Source: an uncultured archaeon (lineage in GTDB: Archaea > Asgardarchaeota > Lokiarchaeia > Sigyniarchaeales > SOKP01). Taken from it: DNA of 64,000 nt. The stretch spans positions 1 to 64,000 of the forward strand of contig CAZOYD010000013.1 in the NCBI GenBank assembly GCA_964583985.1, in the 5' to 3' direction. Made by a program: the position numbers and the translations under genes. This document shows, in pieces, positions 1 through 11,000 of this stretch (position 1 is its first letter; each line of letters starts with the position of its first letter). The notes beneath the pieces were generated by a model, which was given only the letters and a program-made list of their open reading frames with translations, was not told where the DNA came from and did not search any database.

Positions 1-396
1 AATTATGATCCTTATACTCAACCCATCGAGGAAACCAAAAAGATAGCTTCAATTATGCTTAATCCAGATATTTATGATTTTTTTATCTTGATGAGGAGCA
101 ATCATTATCCATTGGATAAAATCCCTAAAGTTTTTAGTGAATTCGCAATTACCGAAATCTTATTAGATAATCTAAAAAAACTTAACATCATCACGGAAAT
201 TAAGGATGAAAATAAAAGAAGTTGGATATTATTATTGACTAATATACAGCCAATTACGATTTTCCCCGAGTTTCTTCTACCAAAAATTCGAGAAGCATAT
301 CGAAAAGAAGATGAAGACGGAAAAATCACTTATGAAATAGCAAAAAAAGCCCTGAATTTACTTGAAGTGTCATACCCTGAAAAAATTACATTTTAA
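1..396 (+). CDS. Hypothetical protein, 5'-truncated by the window edge
   Basis: Frame 1 is open from base 1 through the ATG at 55 to the TAA ending at 396. No recognisable motif. Confidence 0.7.
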   Translation, partial: NYDPYTQPIEETKKIASIMLNPDIYDFFILMRSNHYPLDKIPKVFSEFAITEILLDNLKKLNIITEIKDENKRSWILLLTNIQPITIFPEFLLPKIREAYRKEDEDGKITYEIAKKALNLLEVSYPEKITF

Positions 397-414
397 ATGA
401 GGAGATGAGAAAAG

Positions 415-2610
415 TTGTATTTATTTAAAGACAAAGAAGAAATCGATATTCCATATACCTGTAAGTTATGTCTTAATGAACTTAAATTTAAGATCACTGC
501 AGATGAATATAAGAAAGTCTCAAAATTCCCGATTAAGAAAGAAATAGAACATGGAGATCCTGCACATGTCTTGATTGTGTATTTTAATCAATATTTAGAA
601 GTAGAGAATTTTAAAATCAAAGAAATTACACAAGAAAGAGACGTTAAATTTTCGGAAGAATTGACGAAACAAGTTCTCAGTGAATTGGATCTGACATCCG
701 AGGAAGTTGAATTATATTTCCGAACAACTGGACGTGAAGCTGTTTCTATTGGAGAAATGGCTTTATTAATTGGCAAACCTAAAGAACAGTGCCAAGAAAT
801 TGCAACGAAATTCGTGGAAAAAGGCTTATTTAAAGAAATTGTTGGTGCAAAACCACACTACGCTGCTTTACCACCATATGCTGCTTTGGTAGCGCAATTA
901 CAAAAATTTCATCAATATATTTCAGATATTAAATCAGATATCCCAAGACAATTGGACCAATCATTTAAAAAATTAGAGTTAACAACAGAAAAAATCCAAG
1001 CGGCACCAAAATCTCCAACAGTTCCTAATGAATTGATGAAAGAATTGAAAGATAACATGTTATCTCAAATTAAATCACAGAAAAAAGAATTTGACGAGAC
1101 GATGGCGGTGATGGAACAGATTCGAGGTATAACTGATGACATCTCACTTCTTGAAAGCTCTTCCAGTGAAACGATGGCACCTCCCTCTACAGATTTAACA
1201 ACTCAGTTTCAAAAGATAAATGAAAATACCAATCAAATCATAAAAGGACAAATTCAAGAATTAAAAGAAGAATTTGGTACGATAAAGACAACTATTTCGC
1301 AAAACCTCCAAAAATTACGATTAGGAGTCATCCAAGACACTGTTGATCAAGTTATTGAAAAAATCGTTGATTCTCGATTAAAAGATATTATTGATAACAT
1401 TAATGTTCAACTCAGTGTGAATCAAATGACCTTTTCAGATGAATTAAAGAAAACAGCGACCACGACCGGGGGTCTTAACACGGAAATCCTTGATAAAATC
1501 AAGGACACTATCCAGAAAACCGTAAAAAATCTGGATGGAATCACCACAAAATCTGAAGAAGATAAAGAAAAAATCTTTGAAAGCATCAGTGAAAATTTTA
1601 ATAAAGCAGTTTTAACGGCTGAATCAAAAATAAACAGCATCTCAGGAGGTGTTTTTGAATCTTTTGGAAATTTAAAAGAGATGTTTTCAAATCAGATTGT
1701 TTCCACGTTGGATAATACTTTAAGTGACATTTTAAAGAAATTAGAAAGATCAGAAAAAGTGACGAAAGAATTCTGGGATCAAGCTAAATTTGGAGAAGGA
1801 TTAACGATGAAAGATATTTGGTTCATTCGCTCTCCAGAAAGTGCAAAAGCACATATCAATGATGAAATTTCTAAAGCTAAAATGAGAGTATTGATTGTGG
1901 CTCCTCAAATCACCGATGTTGATATTGATGCCATAAAAAACAGGCCCTCGCGCATTAACTTTAGGATAGCTTCAAGTATCGATCTCTCCAACCAAGAGCA
2001 TTTGGCTATAATTAATCAATTAGACCAAATGGATAACGTGGATTACAGGCATAGGGATTTACAGAATTTGTGGGGCATTAACCGCGATTACGAAGAAGTA
2101 ATCGTATGCGTATTATCAAAGACGGAAATTAGAGGTGATACTATCACGGAAATTGCCGGTCTCGGAAGTATCATAGAAGAACATATCAAACTACTAGTCC
2201 CGCTATTGGAGGAAGCTTGGATGTCTGCAAGAAAGGAAGTGGTTCAATCTATCAAAGCTAGCCTTACACAAGAACCGATATTAGACAAGATCAAGGAGCA
2301 ACCATTAGAAATCGAAGTTCCCGAAAAAGAAGTAATTCCAACTGAACAAAAAACTGAAAAAAACACACTACTTGGAAAGCAGTTTGACTTGATTTTCGAC
2401 AATATCGATACCTTGACCGGTATTGAAATAGCCGCTGCTTTAGAAAAATTCCAAAGTGAATTTATAAAAATAGAAGGATATAACAGTGTTCTAAAAAATG
2501 TTAATGCGATGACATCGACGTTAAAGACAAAAACCTATATACTTAGTCAGTCCGAACGAGATGATCTTAAGATGAAAATGAGTTTCTGGCGGCAGAAGTT
2601 CCAAATTTAA
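415..2610 (+). CDS. TrmB-like wHTH / coiled-coil protein with a C-terminal PLD-like (TrmB sensor-type) domain
   Basis: 731 aa, TTG start. N-terminal CxxC...H small domain. LSELDLTSEEVELY...IGEMALLIG resembles the TrmB HTH. Long helical middle region, then WFIRS...INDEISKAKMRVLIVAP. Confidence 0.6.
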   Translation: MYLFKDKEEIDIPYTCKLCLNELKFKITADEYKKVSKFPIKKEIEHGDPAHVLIVYFNQYLEVENFKIKEITQERDVKFSEELTKQVLSELDLTSEEVELYFRTTGREAVSIGEMALLIGKPKEQCQEIATKFVEKGLFKEIVGAKPHYAALPPYAALVAQLQKFHQYISDIKSDIPRQLDQSFKKLELTTEKIQAAPKSPTVPNELMKELKDNMLSQIKSQKKEFDETMAVMEQIRGITDDISLLESSSSETMAPPSTDLTTQFQKINENTNQIIKGQIQELKEEFGTIKTTISQNLQKLRLGVIQDTVDQVIEKIVDSRLKDIIDNINVQLSVNQMTFSDELKKTATTTGGLNTEILDKIKDTIQKTVKNLDGITTKSEEDKEKIFESISENFNKAVLTAESKINSISGGVFESFGNLKEMFSNQIVSTLDNTLSDILKKLERSEKVTKEFWDQAKFGEGLTMKDIWFIRSPESAKAHINDEISKAKMRVLIVAPQITDVDIDAIKNRPSRINFRIASSIDLSNQEHLAIINQLDQMDNVDYRHRDLQNLWGINRDYEEVIVCVLSKTEIRGDTITEIAGLGSIIEEHIKLLVPLLEEAWMSARKEVVQSIKASLTQEPILDKIKEQPLEIEVPEKEVIPTEQKTEKNTLLGKQFDLIFDNIDTLTGIEIAAALEKFQSEFIKIEGYNSVLKNVNAMTSTLKTKTYILSQSERDDLKMKMSFWRQKFQI

Positions 2611-2690
2611 TTAATTTTTTTCTTATATTTAACTTATTTTGTCACTACGGCAATAATATAATTCTTATTCGATTTTTTATTTCTTTTATT

Positions 2691-3686
2691 ATGCATCAAG
2701 AACCAATTACTATTAAAACTAAAAAAGTAAATGAATACCTTTATCATATAGATGCTCATGCTTATGGTACGCCTCGGATGTTATCCATATTTGTAGCTCA
2801 ATTTGATGATTATTCAGTTCTTATTGATTGTGGCTCATCTTTAGATATAAAAAGATTGATAAGATTCATTAAAAAGTTAGGTATTGAATTATCTTCATTC
2901 AAATATCTTATAACAACACATCATCACTTCGATCATGTGGGTGGCGCTTGGATGTTATATGATATACTTCAAGATTATAATTCCGAGATTACGATTTTAA
3001 CTAATAATACTACAAAAGGACTATTAAATAACTTTAAAGAACATTTGGCACGAGGAAAAAGGACCTATGGTGATTTAACAGGTATTATGAAACCAATACC
3101 AGATAAAGCTTTTAAAATTATTGAACCTTCTAAAAAGTTTAATAATGATTTTCTAAATGATGAATTTGTGGACAATTTTATTATAAATGGGCAAGAAGTT
3201 CATTTGAAGATAATAGCTTCTCCTGGGCATACTCCTGACCATCAATCACCGCTCTTTATTGTAGATAATGAAATCGATTTTATTCATTTTGGAGAAAGTG
3301 TTGGAACAATATATCATGCTTCAAAATTAATCTCTATGCCCACTTCTATGCCAATTTATTATAATCATCAGCAGTATATGGAGACACTTAAGAACTTAAA
3401 GCAATTAAAGTTTTTAAGGGCAGGATATGGACACTTTGGTATGATAAATGGTGAAAAGAATGTTCGAACGTTATTAATTGAGCATGAAGAATATATGACT
3501 TTTTTTAGAAAAAAGATAATTGAATATTATGGCGAAAATCCTACAACTAGTTATGTTTATGAGAAAATGTTACCCCTCCTACTTCCAAGAACTGACCTTA
3601 AGATGGATGTCAGTCCGATATTTGAAAAAATTACACTTGCAATTGTTTATGGAATGTTAATGGATTTAGGATATAGAAAAGAATAA
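2691..3686 (+). CDS. MBL-fold metallo-hydrolase
   Basis: LIDCG, THHHFDHVGG and SPGHTPDH motifs. Confidence 0.9.
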   Translation: MHQEPITIKTKKVNEYLYHIDAHAYGTPRMLSIFVAQFDDYSVLIDCGSSLDIKRLIRFIKKLGIELSSFKYLITTHHHFDHVGGAWMLYDILQDYNSEITILTNNTTKGLLNNFKEHLARGKRTYGDLTGIMKPIPDKAFKIIEPSKKFNNDFLNDEFVDNFIINGQEVHLKIIASPGHTPDHQSPLFIVDNEIDFIHFGESVGTIYHASKLISMPTSMPIYYNHQQYMETLKNLKQLKFLRAGYGHFGMINGEKNVRTLLIEHEEYMTFFRKKIIEYYGENPTTSYVYEKMLPLLLPRTDLKMDVSPIFEKITLAIVYGMLMDLGYRKE

Positions 3687-3781
3687 TTTATCACCACTCT
3701 CTTAATAATAGAATCAATTTTATATTAATAATGTAATTCTAAAATATTTCTTTAATTTAAAACCAATATCAAGAACTTCAT

Positions 3782-5203
3782 TCAAAACTTTCTCTTATTT
3801 AAATGATTCAGGTTGGTTTTAATAAGATTTATTATATTAGGATAAAAGTATAAAAGGAAAACTATTCCTATTAATATAGTAATTCCTATAAAGTAAAATG
3901 GAACATAAATTTTTATAACTAAATAGATACTCGAAGAAATCAAGTGAATCAATGTAATTATACCTCCTAATTTCATAAAAGTTGAAAACTTCAACTCATA
4001 TCCATAGGATCTAACCATTAGAATTATAACTAAATTATCTCCCATAGTTGACAAATTTTCTCCCAAGGTTGTTCCTATGGAAACCGCTGAAAAGAAAATT
4101 CGTTGAGTTCCTAAAGTGGAGATATCATTAACAATCGGAATGAAAATTTTCGTAATAGGAGCATTATGAATGACTGAACTTAGAATTCCTGACATCCATA
4201 ATAGAATTAAAGTAGTACCAACAGTATTACCTGCCGTTACATAATTTATCCCGTATGCTATAAAATTTAATATCCCCGTAAATTCTATGGCTTCAGATAC
4301 AAATAAAATACAAAATAAATAGAAGATTAACTCTATATCTAAATCTCTCCATACTGATTCAAAATCCTTATTTAAAACTAATAGGATTGTAATTATCCCT
4401 CCTGTTAAAGAAATCATATCAATATCTATTGAACCAAATAAGGGAAAAATTATTACAGAAATAATGGTTATGGTGAGCATTCCAAAAGATTTATAAAAAT
4501 TACTTTTTGATTCTACGAACATCCAAGGATCATAATCTAATAATCGGGTTATATGGTCAATATCGGGCGTTTCCAGCTTTTTTTCATTATATCTTGTTAA
4601 AAAAGTAACGCTAATGAAAAATAGGAATATAGAAAAAACTCCAACGTCTTGAAGATAATCCAAAAATGTCCAATTTATTGATTGACTTATTAAGATATTA
4701 GGAATTGAACTAATTACGAACAAAAGACCACCCGTATTTACAACCATTCCCTCTGAAAGAATAAATGGAATTGGATTAATTCTTAATATTTTACAAATTG
4801 TAATAGTAAGTGGAATTATAATGAAGATGGATAAAATATTCAACGCTATCGAAGAAAATATAAATGTGAAACTACATAAAATTAAAAGAATATTGCGACT
4901 ATGTCCTTTCGAAAGTTGTACTAATTTGAATGCAATAAAATTGAATACTCCACTTTTTGTGCAAACAGTAATTATCATCATCATCCCAAAAATAAATAAA
5001 ATTGTATGAAGATTCGAATTATCTGTACCAACTATAAATCCAACCACAATTGTTATATCAATGTTATCTATATAAAGTAAAAAAAAAGCCACGGTTATTG
5101 CACCAATAAAACCTGCCATCAAGCGGTTCATTTTACCAACTGTTATTAAAATTATAATTAAAACAAGCATCATAGGAGCAATTATTATCGAGATCATGAT
5201 CAA
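3782..5203 (-). CDS. ArsB/NhaD/SLC13-family (IT superfamily) ion transporter
   Basis: About 12 hydrophobic segments; ILFIFGMMM...SGVF; SSIPNILI; LSSVIHNAP; LGENLSTMG. Confidence 0.85.
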   Translation of the reverse strand: MIMISIIIAPMMLVLIIILITVGKMNRLMAGFIGAITVAFFLLYIDNIDITIVVGFIVGTDNSNLHTILFIFGMMMIITVCTKSGVFNFIAFKLVQLSKGHSRNILLILCSFTFIFSSIALNILSIFIIIPLTITICKILRINPIPFILSEGMVVNTGGLLFVISSIPNILISQSINWTFLDYLQDVGVFSIFLFFISVTFLTRYNEKKLETPDIDHITRLLDYDPWMFVESKSNFYKSFGMLTITIISVIIFPLFGSIDIDMISLTGGIITILLVLNKDFESVWRDLDIELIFYLFCILFVSEAIEFTGILNFIAYGINYVTAGNTVGTTLILLWMSGILSSVIHNAPITKIFIPIVNDISTLGTQRIFFSAVSIGTTLGENLSTMGDNLVIILMVRSYGYELKFSTFMKLGGIITLIHLISSSIYLVIKIYVPFYFIGITILIGIVFLLYFYPNIINLIKTNLNHLNKRKF

Positions 5204-5436
5204 TTCTCGTTGTAAAAGAAAATTCTAAAAAACATCAAATTAATAGCTAAAGCCAGAACATATGGATTCTGGCAACTAATTAATAATACTAAATAAAATC
5301 AATATTATTTAAAATAATCCTTTTTATTTGTTAAAAATCTCATTCTTTCTTTTTTTACAAGAAAAGCACATTATAAGATACCTGATGCATAATCATAATG
5401 AATAAAAGTCAAAAATTCCAATCTTAATTAGACACA

Positions 5437-6642
5437 ATGAAATCTACTTTGGATGATTTTGATATATTAATCGTAGGTGCGAGTATTGCGGGCAATTATT
5501 TAGCATTCCTTTTATCAAATCTTCCTATTAAGGTTTTAATTATTGAAGAACACATAGAGATTGGATTACCATTTCAATGCGCTGGAATTGTGTCACAAAA
5601 ATTAAATTCACTCCTTGATTTACCTCCAAATTTAATTCTTAATCGTGTGAAGGTCGCTAAATTAGTTACTCCTTCGGGCTCAACAATTGAATTATCTGGC
5701 GATGAGCAACCTTTTATCATCGATAGAATTGCCTTAGATCGCATGTTTTATGATAAAAGTAAAAATTCTCCGAATATTACATATTCTCTCGGCGAAAAAT
5801 TTAAATCCTTTAAATACATCATAGAAAATGGCCAAAAATACGTTCTAATTGAAACATCACGAAGGGTGATAAAAGTCAAGATGCTTGTTGGGTGTGATGG
5901 ACCGCTATCTTTAGTTGGAAAACAATTAAAAGTGAAAAATGAAGTCCTCTATGCCACTCAAATTAGAATTAAAAGTAATTTTCAAGAAAATGAAGCTGTC
6001 ATGTACTTCCACCCCCTATGGAAACAATTATTTGGGTGGATCGTTCCCGAAGGTCATGGTATTTACCGAATCGGAATAGCATCCGCTAAAAAAGTAAAAC
6101 AATGTTTTGATATTTATTTAAAGATGCTAGGATTGAATATCAGTAATAAGATTGACCAACAAGGAGGGATAATTCCCTATGGAATTATGAATAAGAGTGC
6201 TTTTAACAATATCTTATTGTTAGGAGATGCAGCAGGGCAAGTTAAAGCTACGACAGGAGGAGGCATTGTCATGCTATTGATTGCTGCGAAGCAAGCATCT
6301 AATTGCATCAGACTTAGTATCAAGCAGAAAAACTATTCAAAAAAATTTATTAAAAAACATTATGAAAAACCTTGTTTAAGAATAATCGGTAAAGAATTAA
6401 AACTACATTTCGTCATTAGGCTTATTTTAGAAAGATTCTCGGACAAAGATTTTGAAATTTTCTTTAAAATAATAAAAAGAAATAAAATTGAACATATTAT
6501 ATTGCTCTATGGTGATATGGACTTCCCAAAAGATTTGATTTTCAAGTTAATAAAAAATCCCTTAGTTTTTACCTTTATAATTAAATTTTCAATAAAAAAT
6601 CCGGATATTTTTATCAAGCTGGTGAAAATATTATTTAGATGA
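5437..6642 (+). CDS. Geranylgeranyl reductase family FAD oxidoreductase
   Basis: DILIVGASIAG, IGLPFQCAG, VGCDG, FGWIVP and LLGDAAGQVKATTGGGI motifs. Confidence 0.88.
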   Translation: MKSTLDDFDILIVGASIAGNYLAFLLSNLPIKVLIIEEHIEIGLPFQCAGIVSQKLNSLLDLPPNLILNRVKVAKLVTPSGSTIELSGDEQPFIIDRIALDRMFYDKSKNSPNITYSLGEKFKSFKYIIENGQKYVLIETSRRVIKVKMLVGCDGPLSLVGKQLKVKNEVLYATQIRIKSNFQENEAVMYFHPLWKQLFGWIVPEGHGIYRIGIASAKKVKQCFDIYLKMLGLNISNKIDQQGGIIPYGIMNKSAFNNILLLGDAAGQVKATTGGGIVMLLIAAKQASNCIRLSIKQKNYSKKFIKKHYEKPCLRIIGKELKLHFVIRLILERFSDKDFEIFFKIIKRNKIEHIILLYGDMDFPKDLIFKLIKNPLVFTFIIKFSIKNPDIFIKLVKILFR

Positions 6643-6728
6643 GATTTGGTTCCCACCAGGACTTTAACCTTTATAATTAAATTTTTAATAAAGAGTCTAT
6701 TTATTAGATAATACTAAAATATACTATA

Positions 6729-7913
6729 GTGATAAAAATGGAATGTAGAGAAAGAGTTCTTGCGGCTTTAAATTTAGAGGAACCAGATAGAGTTCCTTGT
6801 CACACAATTTTAATCGATGCTAATAATGTAGATAAAATTCTTGGAAAACCTGAAATTTCAGATTTTGACACGGTAGAACAATTAAAAAGAGAAAATCCAG
6901 ATGGTTGGCGGGAGGATTTAAGTAATTTACTCGATGCTGTCGAGACTTCTGTTTTTTCTCGTTGTGTTGAAGCGGCAGCAGCTATTGGATTAGATACAAT
7001 GCAAATTGGAATAATACCGCTACAAGCCATAAAGCTTCCTGGTGATGATCGCTTACTTATGAATGATATATTTGGAAGGATTTGGGAAATTCGAGATAAT
7101 GAGGGTAACTTTAATCCATATTACTTGTATGGTACAATGAATAGCTCAGAAAAATGGAAGGCGGTAAAAGCAAATATCGAAGGTCCTGCAACAGAAAAAT
7201 ATACGAAAATGATTCGAAAGTTTTATAGAAGAATAAATAAGAAGCATAAAGATAAAATTTTTGTGATTGTGACTAATGATTTAGCTGGTGTCTTTGAAAG
7301 CGCGTCCCAAGGAATGGGAATGTCATATTATGCTAAAATGCTTCATAAAAATCCTAAATTTATAAAGGAAGTACATGAAGTTATTGCTCGTTTTACTGCA
7401 GAATGCTATAAAGCTTACATGGATGTTGGAGCAGAGGTTTTTGTAGAATCAGGCGATTTAGCATATCATTCTGGACCCATGATGAGTCCAAAGAAATTTA
7501 GGGAATTACTTTTACCAGCCTATCAAATTATTACAGATACGGTACATGAAGGAGGTGGGAAGATAGTTCTTCACACGGATGGACAAGTCACCCCCTTGCT
7601 AGATTTCGTGGTTGATTGCAGATTCGATGGCCTCCAAAGTCTTGAACCAACTGCAGGGGTAGATCTTGCTTATGTTAAAAAGAAGGTTGGTGACAAACTC
7701 TGTTTGATGGGCAACATTGACGTCGCGCACGACTTAGTTTATGGAACTAAAGATGAAGTATATAATTCGGTGAAATATGCGATTAAAACGGGCGGTCCTG
7801 GAGGTGGTTTTATGGTAAGTGCTGCTAACATGCATCCGGGTGTTAAACTTGATAATCTGAAATGGATGATAGAGGCGACAAAGAAATTTGGAGATTATCC
7901 AATCAATCTTTAA
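6729..7913 (+). CDS. Uroporphyrinogen decarboxylase (URO-D)/MtaA-CmuA methyltransferase family protein
   Basis: RERVLAALNLEEPDRVP, DLAYHSGPMMSP, LHTDG, LMGNID and GPGGGF motifs. Confidence 0.85.
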   Translation: MIKMECRERVLAALNLEEPDRVPCHTILIDANNVDKILGKPEISDFDTVEQLKRENPDGWREDLSNLLDAVETSVFSRCVEAAAAIGLDTMQIGIIPLQAIKLPGDDRLLMNDIFGRIWEIRDNEGNFNPYYLYGTMNSSEKWKAVKANIEGPATEKYTKMIRKFYRRINKKHKDKIFVIVTNDLAGVFESASQGMGMSYYAKMLHKNPKFIKEVHEVIARFTAECYKAYMDVGAEVFVESGDLAYHSGPMMSPKKFRELLLPAYQIITDTVHEGGGKIVLHTDGQVTPLLDFVVDCRFDGLQSLEPTAGVDLAYVKKKVGDKLCLMGNIDVAHDLVYGTKDEVYNSVKYAIKTGGPGGGFMVSAANMHPGVKLDNLKWMIEATKKFGDYPINL

Positions 7914-7964
7914 TTCATTCTAATTATTCTAAATTAAATACGTAAACTTTCCATCTTAATTTAG

Positions 7965-8204
7965 TTAGAATGTTTTTTTAGAATTTTTTCTTTTTTTTGA
8001 GAAAGAAGGAGTATTCTGTTGAGAGTCTATTGAAACCTTTTCTGCTTTTTTTGTTTCCCTATTTTCATGTAGGTTTCTTTCAAATTGGTGTCCTAAAAGT
8101 TCATCAAATTCTTGACCCCGACGAATACCCCCAACCGGCTCTTTATTCTTTTTAAAAGTTCTTTTTAGTTTATAATTTTTTGAGTCGCGTTGCTTATTGT
8201 TTAT
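7965..8204 (-). CDS. Possible small Lys-rich protein (79 aa) lacking an ATG/GTG/TTG start
   Basis: A stop-free minus-strand frame fills the intergenic gap (INNKQRDSKNYKLKRTFKKNKEPVGGIRRGQEFDELLGHQFERNL...). It opens with ATA directly after an in-frame stop. Confidence 0.3.
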   Translation of the reverse strand: MNNKQRDSKNYKLKRTFKKNKEPVGGIRRGQEFDELLGHQFERNLHENRETKKAEKVSIDSQQNTPSFSKKRKNSKKTF

Positions 8205-8252
8205 TTAATCATTACTTTCTCTTTTTGTATAATGACTATTTTATCTGAATAA

Positions 8253-8615
8253 TTATGGGTGCATTGTAAAAAAAGCAATTTCTTGGAATAAAACATACCA
8301 AATAATCATAAAGGTTATTATAACAACGGTGGTTATTACGCCGAGATATTTGACTCCCTTCGGTATTCCTAAATCTTCACTTTTTCTCTGAAGAATTGCT
8401 CTAATCATGGCAACTAGATAAATTAACGTGACAATTAATGAAATTATCCATAGAAAGAGCATGAATAACGTCAAAGTATATATTGGTTCTCCAAAAAGTG
8501 TAAAAGCATTTAACCATCGCCAATAGACCACAATTAGATAAGTAGGAATTGATCCATAGATAATAGCTGTTAAAAAAAAGACAATACTCCACAAGTAGCC
8601 TTTTAGACTCGACAT
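8253..8615 (-). CDS. Small membrane protein (3 TM)
   Basis: 120-aa ORF with three hydrophobic segments. Confidence 0.75.
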   Translation of the reverse strand: MSSLKGYLWSIVFFLTAIIYGSIPTYLIVVYWRWLNAFTLFGEPIYTLTLFMLFLWIISLIVTLIYLVAMIRAILQRKSEDLGIPKGVKYLGVITTVVIITFMIIWYVLFQEIAFFTMHP

Positions 8616-8693
8616 ATTGATATAAAATTATTTTATTCGTTTTTAAATTTTCTTTTAAAACATAAAAATAAAATAAAAAAAAAGGATTTAAGT

Positions 8694-10415
8694 TTAATGT
8701 AGGAATCTTGCCAAGAATGTTAAGCCACTTTGAGGTGGAGACATGGTCACAATGAGAAACGTCAGCAAGAACGCACCAATTATTGCTCCTACTATTATAT
8801 TGCCCGTTTTTTGATATGTTATAACGCAAACAGCAGACGTGAGCACAAACATTACTATAGAGATTGGAATAAAGGTTCCAAAATAGAAAAAGCTTCCAGT
8901 CAAGATCCCTAAAATTAGCAAGTAAACGAAATAGTAGATGAATGGAAAGAAAAACCCCAGAAATATCACTTTGAGAGTATCCATGAGAGAATCTGTAAAT
9001 TTACATTGAATTACAGCCTGCACCAGTAAATTTTGGATTAAAATTATAAATAAGCCCATAATAAAGAAAATCGGCATAGTCCATATTTTTTCTAATGAAG
9101 GTAGCAACCCCAGATAGTTCAAGCCTATCGAAGAATAACATATTAAATATAATATTACTGCTAGAACCGTTCCTAATATAAAATGTCTTCCTATCTTGCT
9201 CCTGTCCTTAAAAATATTCTTTAACATGTCGCGAAACTTGTAATCAATCTTTTTCCCGATGCGCCATAATAAAATCATTATTCCAAAAATCTGACCAAAT
9301 AGTAGTGTAATCACGAATGCCGCAACGGCTAATGGTAATATAAGGAGTATGGGGAAGAATATTAGAATCCCTGGGAGAGCGAATATCAGAGAATATATCA
9401 ATGTCTTTAAAATAATCGATCCTGACGAAATTGCTGAGGTGTTAATTTCAAAATATTCGAATTTTGTATCTTTTTCAATTTCTTCCTTTGAAAACAAGAT
9501 TAATTTTGAAATAGGACCAATAATTAAAAAGAAAACTCCGATTCCTCCGATAATCTGAAATAGAAGAATTATTGCTCGAATATTCACATAAAAATTGTCA
9601 TCAATTACATTAATGTCAAAAGAATTTATCGCCCAATCTCTAGCTTCTCTGATGAAATTATAGTCCCAAGCAACTAATAAGTGATTGCTATTATCATCAA
9701 GATATATCTCTGATGCATTTCCTTGTTGAAATGACCCATAAATCCTATTTACATCTATTGATGAAACAGGAATCCCCGTTCGATTAGACAGACTATCTTT
9801 ATTTTCTGAAAGTGATATTGCCTCATCAAAAATCGCTTGAATAATCAATACATTTAGAGGATTTGTTACTGTTCCATTTCTTAAATCCGAAGATAACCAT
9901 GTTCCTATTCCAATGAAACATTTAAATGAAAGATCTACCTCAATTAGTTCTTGTCCTAATCCCCCCATGCTATAACCTATGTAACCCAAAGAATTCATAT
10001 CTATATCCCCTCTAGAGGCAAGATAATTTCTAATCGCAATAATATCTTTCGTCATGTTATCGCTACCACCAGAACCACTTTGACCGTGACCTCTAAAATC
10101 AAACGGTACCGCAACAAATCCTGCTGCTGCTAATTCTAAAGCATACCCTTTTACCATTTCCTTGTTAACCATAGATCCATGTCCAATGATTAATGCTGGT
10201 TTATTACTACCCCCGTTTTGTGGTTCAAATACATTGAAGGCAATTGTGACTCCATCATCCGTGACGGTTGCGAGTCCATAAGTGCTTTTTACAGAAAATG
10301 GTACTGTAAAAATCAATACTGTGCCTATTATGTAAATGCTCAAGAAAATAATGATCAAAATAGCGTGTTTTTTTGATAAATCTATTCTTTTCATAATTAT
10401 AATATTCCTTTTCAT
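8694..10415 (-). CDS. Membrane-anchored alpha/beta hydrolase with a C-terminal multi-TM domain
   Basis: N-terminal TM segment, HGS oxyanion motif, FDFRGHGQS, GYSMG nucleophile elbow, about 8 C-terminal TM segments. Confidence 0.85.
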   Translation of the reverse strand: MKRNIIIMKRIDLSKKHAILIIIFLSIYIIGTVLIFTVPFSVKSTYGLATVTDDGVTIAFNVFEPQNGGSNKPALIIGHGSMVNKEMVKGYALELAAAGFVAVPFDFRGHGQSGSGGSDNMTKDIIAIRNYLASRGDIDMNSLGYIGYSMGGLGQELIEVDLSFKCFIGIGTWLSSDLRNGTVTNPLNVLIIQAIFDEAISLSENKDSLSNRTGIPVSSIDVNRIYGSFQQGNASEIYLDDNSNHLLVAWDYNFIREARDWAINSFDINVIDDNFYVNIRAIILLFQIIGGIGVFFLIIGPISKLILFSKEEIEKDTKFEYFEINTSAISSGSIILKTLIYSLIFALPGILIFFPILLILPLAVAAFVITLLFGQIFGIMILLWRIGKKIDYKFRDMLKNIFKDRSKIGRHFILGTVLAVILYLICYSSIGLNYLGLLPSLEKIWTMPIFFIMGLFIILIQNLLVQAVIQCKFTDSLMDTLKVIFLGFFFPFIYYFVYLLILGILTGSFFYFGTFIPISIVMFVLTSAVCVITYQKTGNIIVGAIIGAFLLTFLIVTMSPPQSGLTFLARFLH

Positions 10416-10550
10416 TTTATTTAAAATGAATTTAAAAGACGTTGCAACCCATTGAAGTATTTATTATGCATTTAAATAAGAAGGAATATTGATGTTTTTA
10501 ACACTAATGTAATAGTAAAAATTTACCTTAATTTTTCTAATGGTTATATC

Positions 10551-11000
10551 ATGGAATTATTCGATTTGATATTTATAATTTCAGGCATTATTTTTTTTAT
10601 TTCAATGATCAGTGCTATCCTATTGATGGCTAATGAGAAGTTCAAGACAGTTAGAATCTTTGGATGGATCCTTGCAGTTCTGATGCTTCCAATCATCGCA
10701 ATTTTGATTAATTACGTAATTATTGGAAAGGGGTTGAACTTTATTATCTATACCATTTTAATCCTCATTTACCTGTTAGCAGAATTCTTACTTGACACGG
10801 TTTTCAAATATGATTTCAGGTCAAAACCAAGCACACACGTTCCCTACATCATCTTAGAATATGCAGCATGCTTTTCTTTTGTGTTCGGTGTTCCCCGTTC
10901 AGATGCTATATTAGCATGGATAATATGGATCCTGTTTTGGGCACTATTGGCTGCTTTAGTATATTATCTCATCAAGCAGCAAAAAAGAAATAAAAAATAG
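10551..11000 (+). CDS. Hypothetical membrane protein
   Basis: 149-aa ORF with about 5 TM segments. Confidence 0.75.
   Translation: MELFDLIFIISGIIFFISMISAILLMANEKFKTVRIFGWILAVLMLPIIAILINYVIIGKGLNFIIYTILILIYLLAEFLLDTVFKYDFRSKPSTHVPYIILEYAACFSFVFGVPRSDAILAWIIWILFWALLAALVYYLIKQQKRNKK

Noticed and set aside
8401-8829. 142-aa - strand ORF, and the many other short ORFs antisense to or overlapping long genes (e.g. 36131-36331, 42286-42690, 54387-54809)
   Set aside because: They overlap well-supported genes in other frames or strands and show no motifs.
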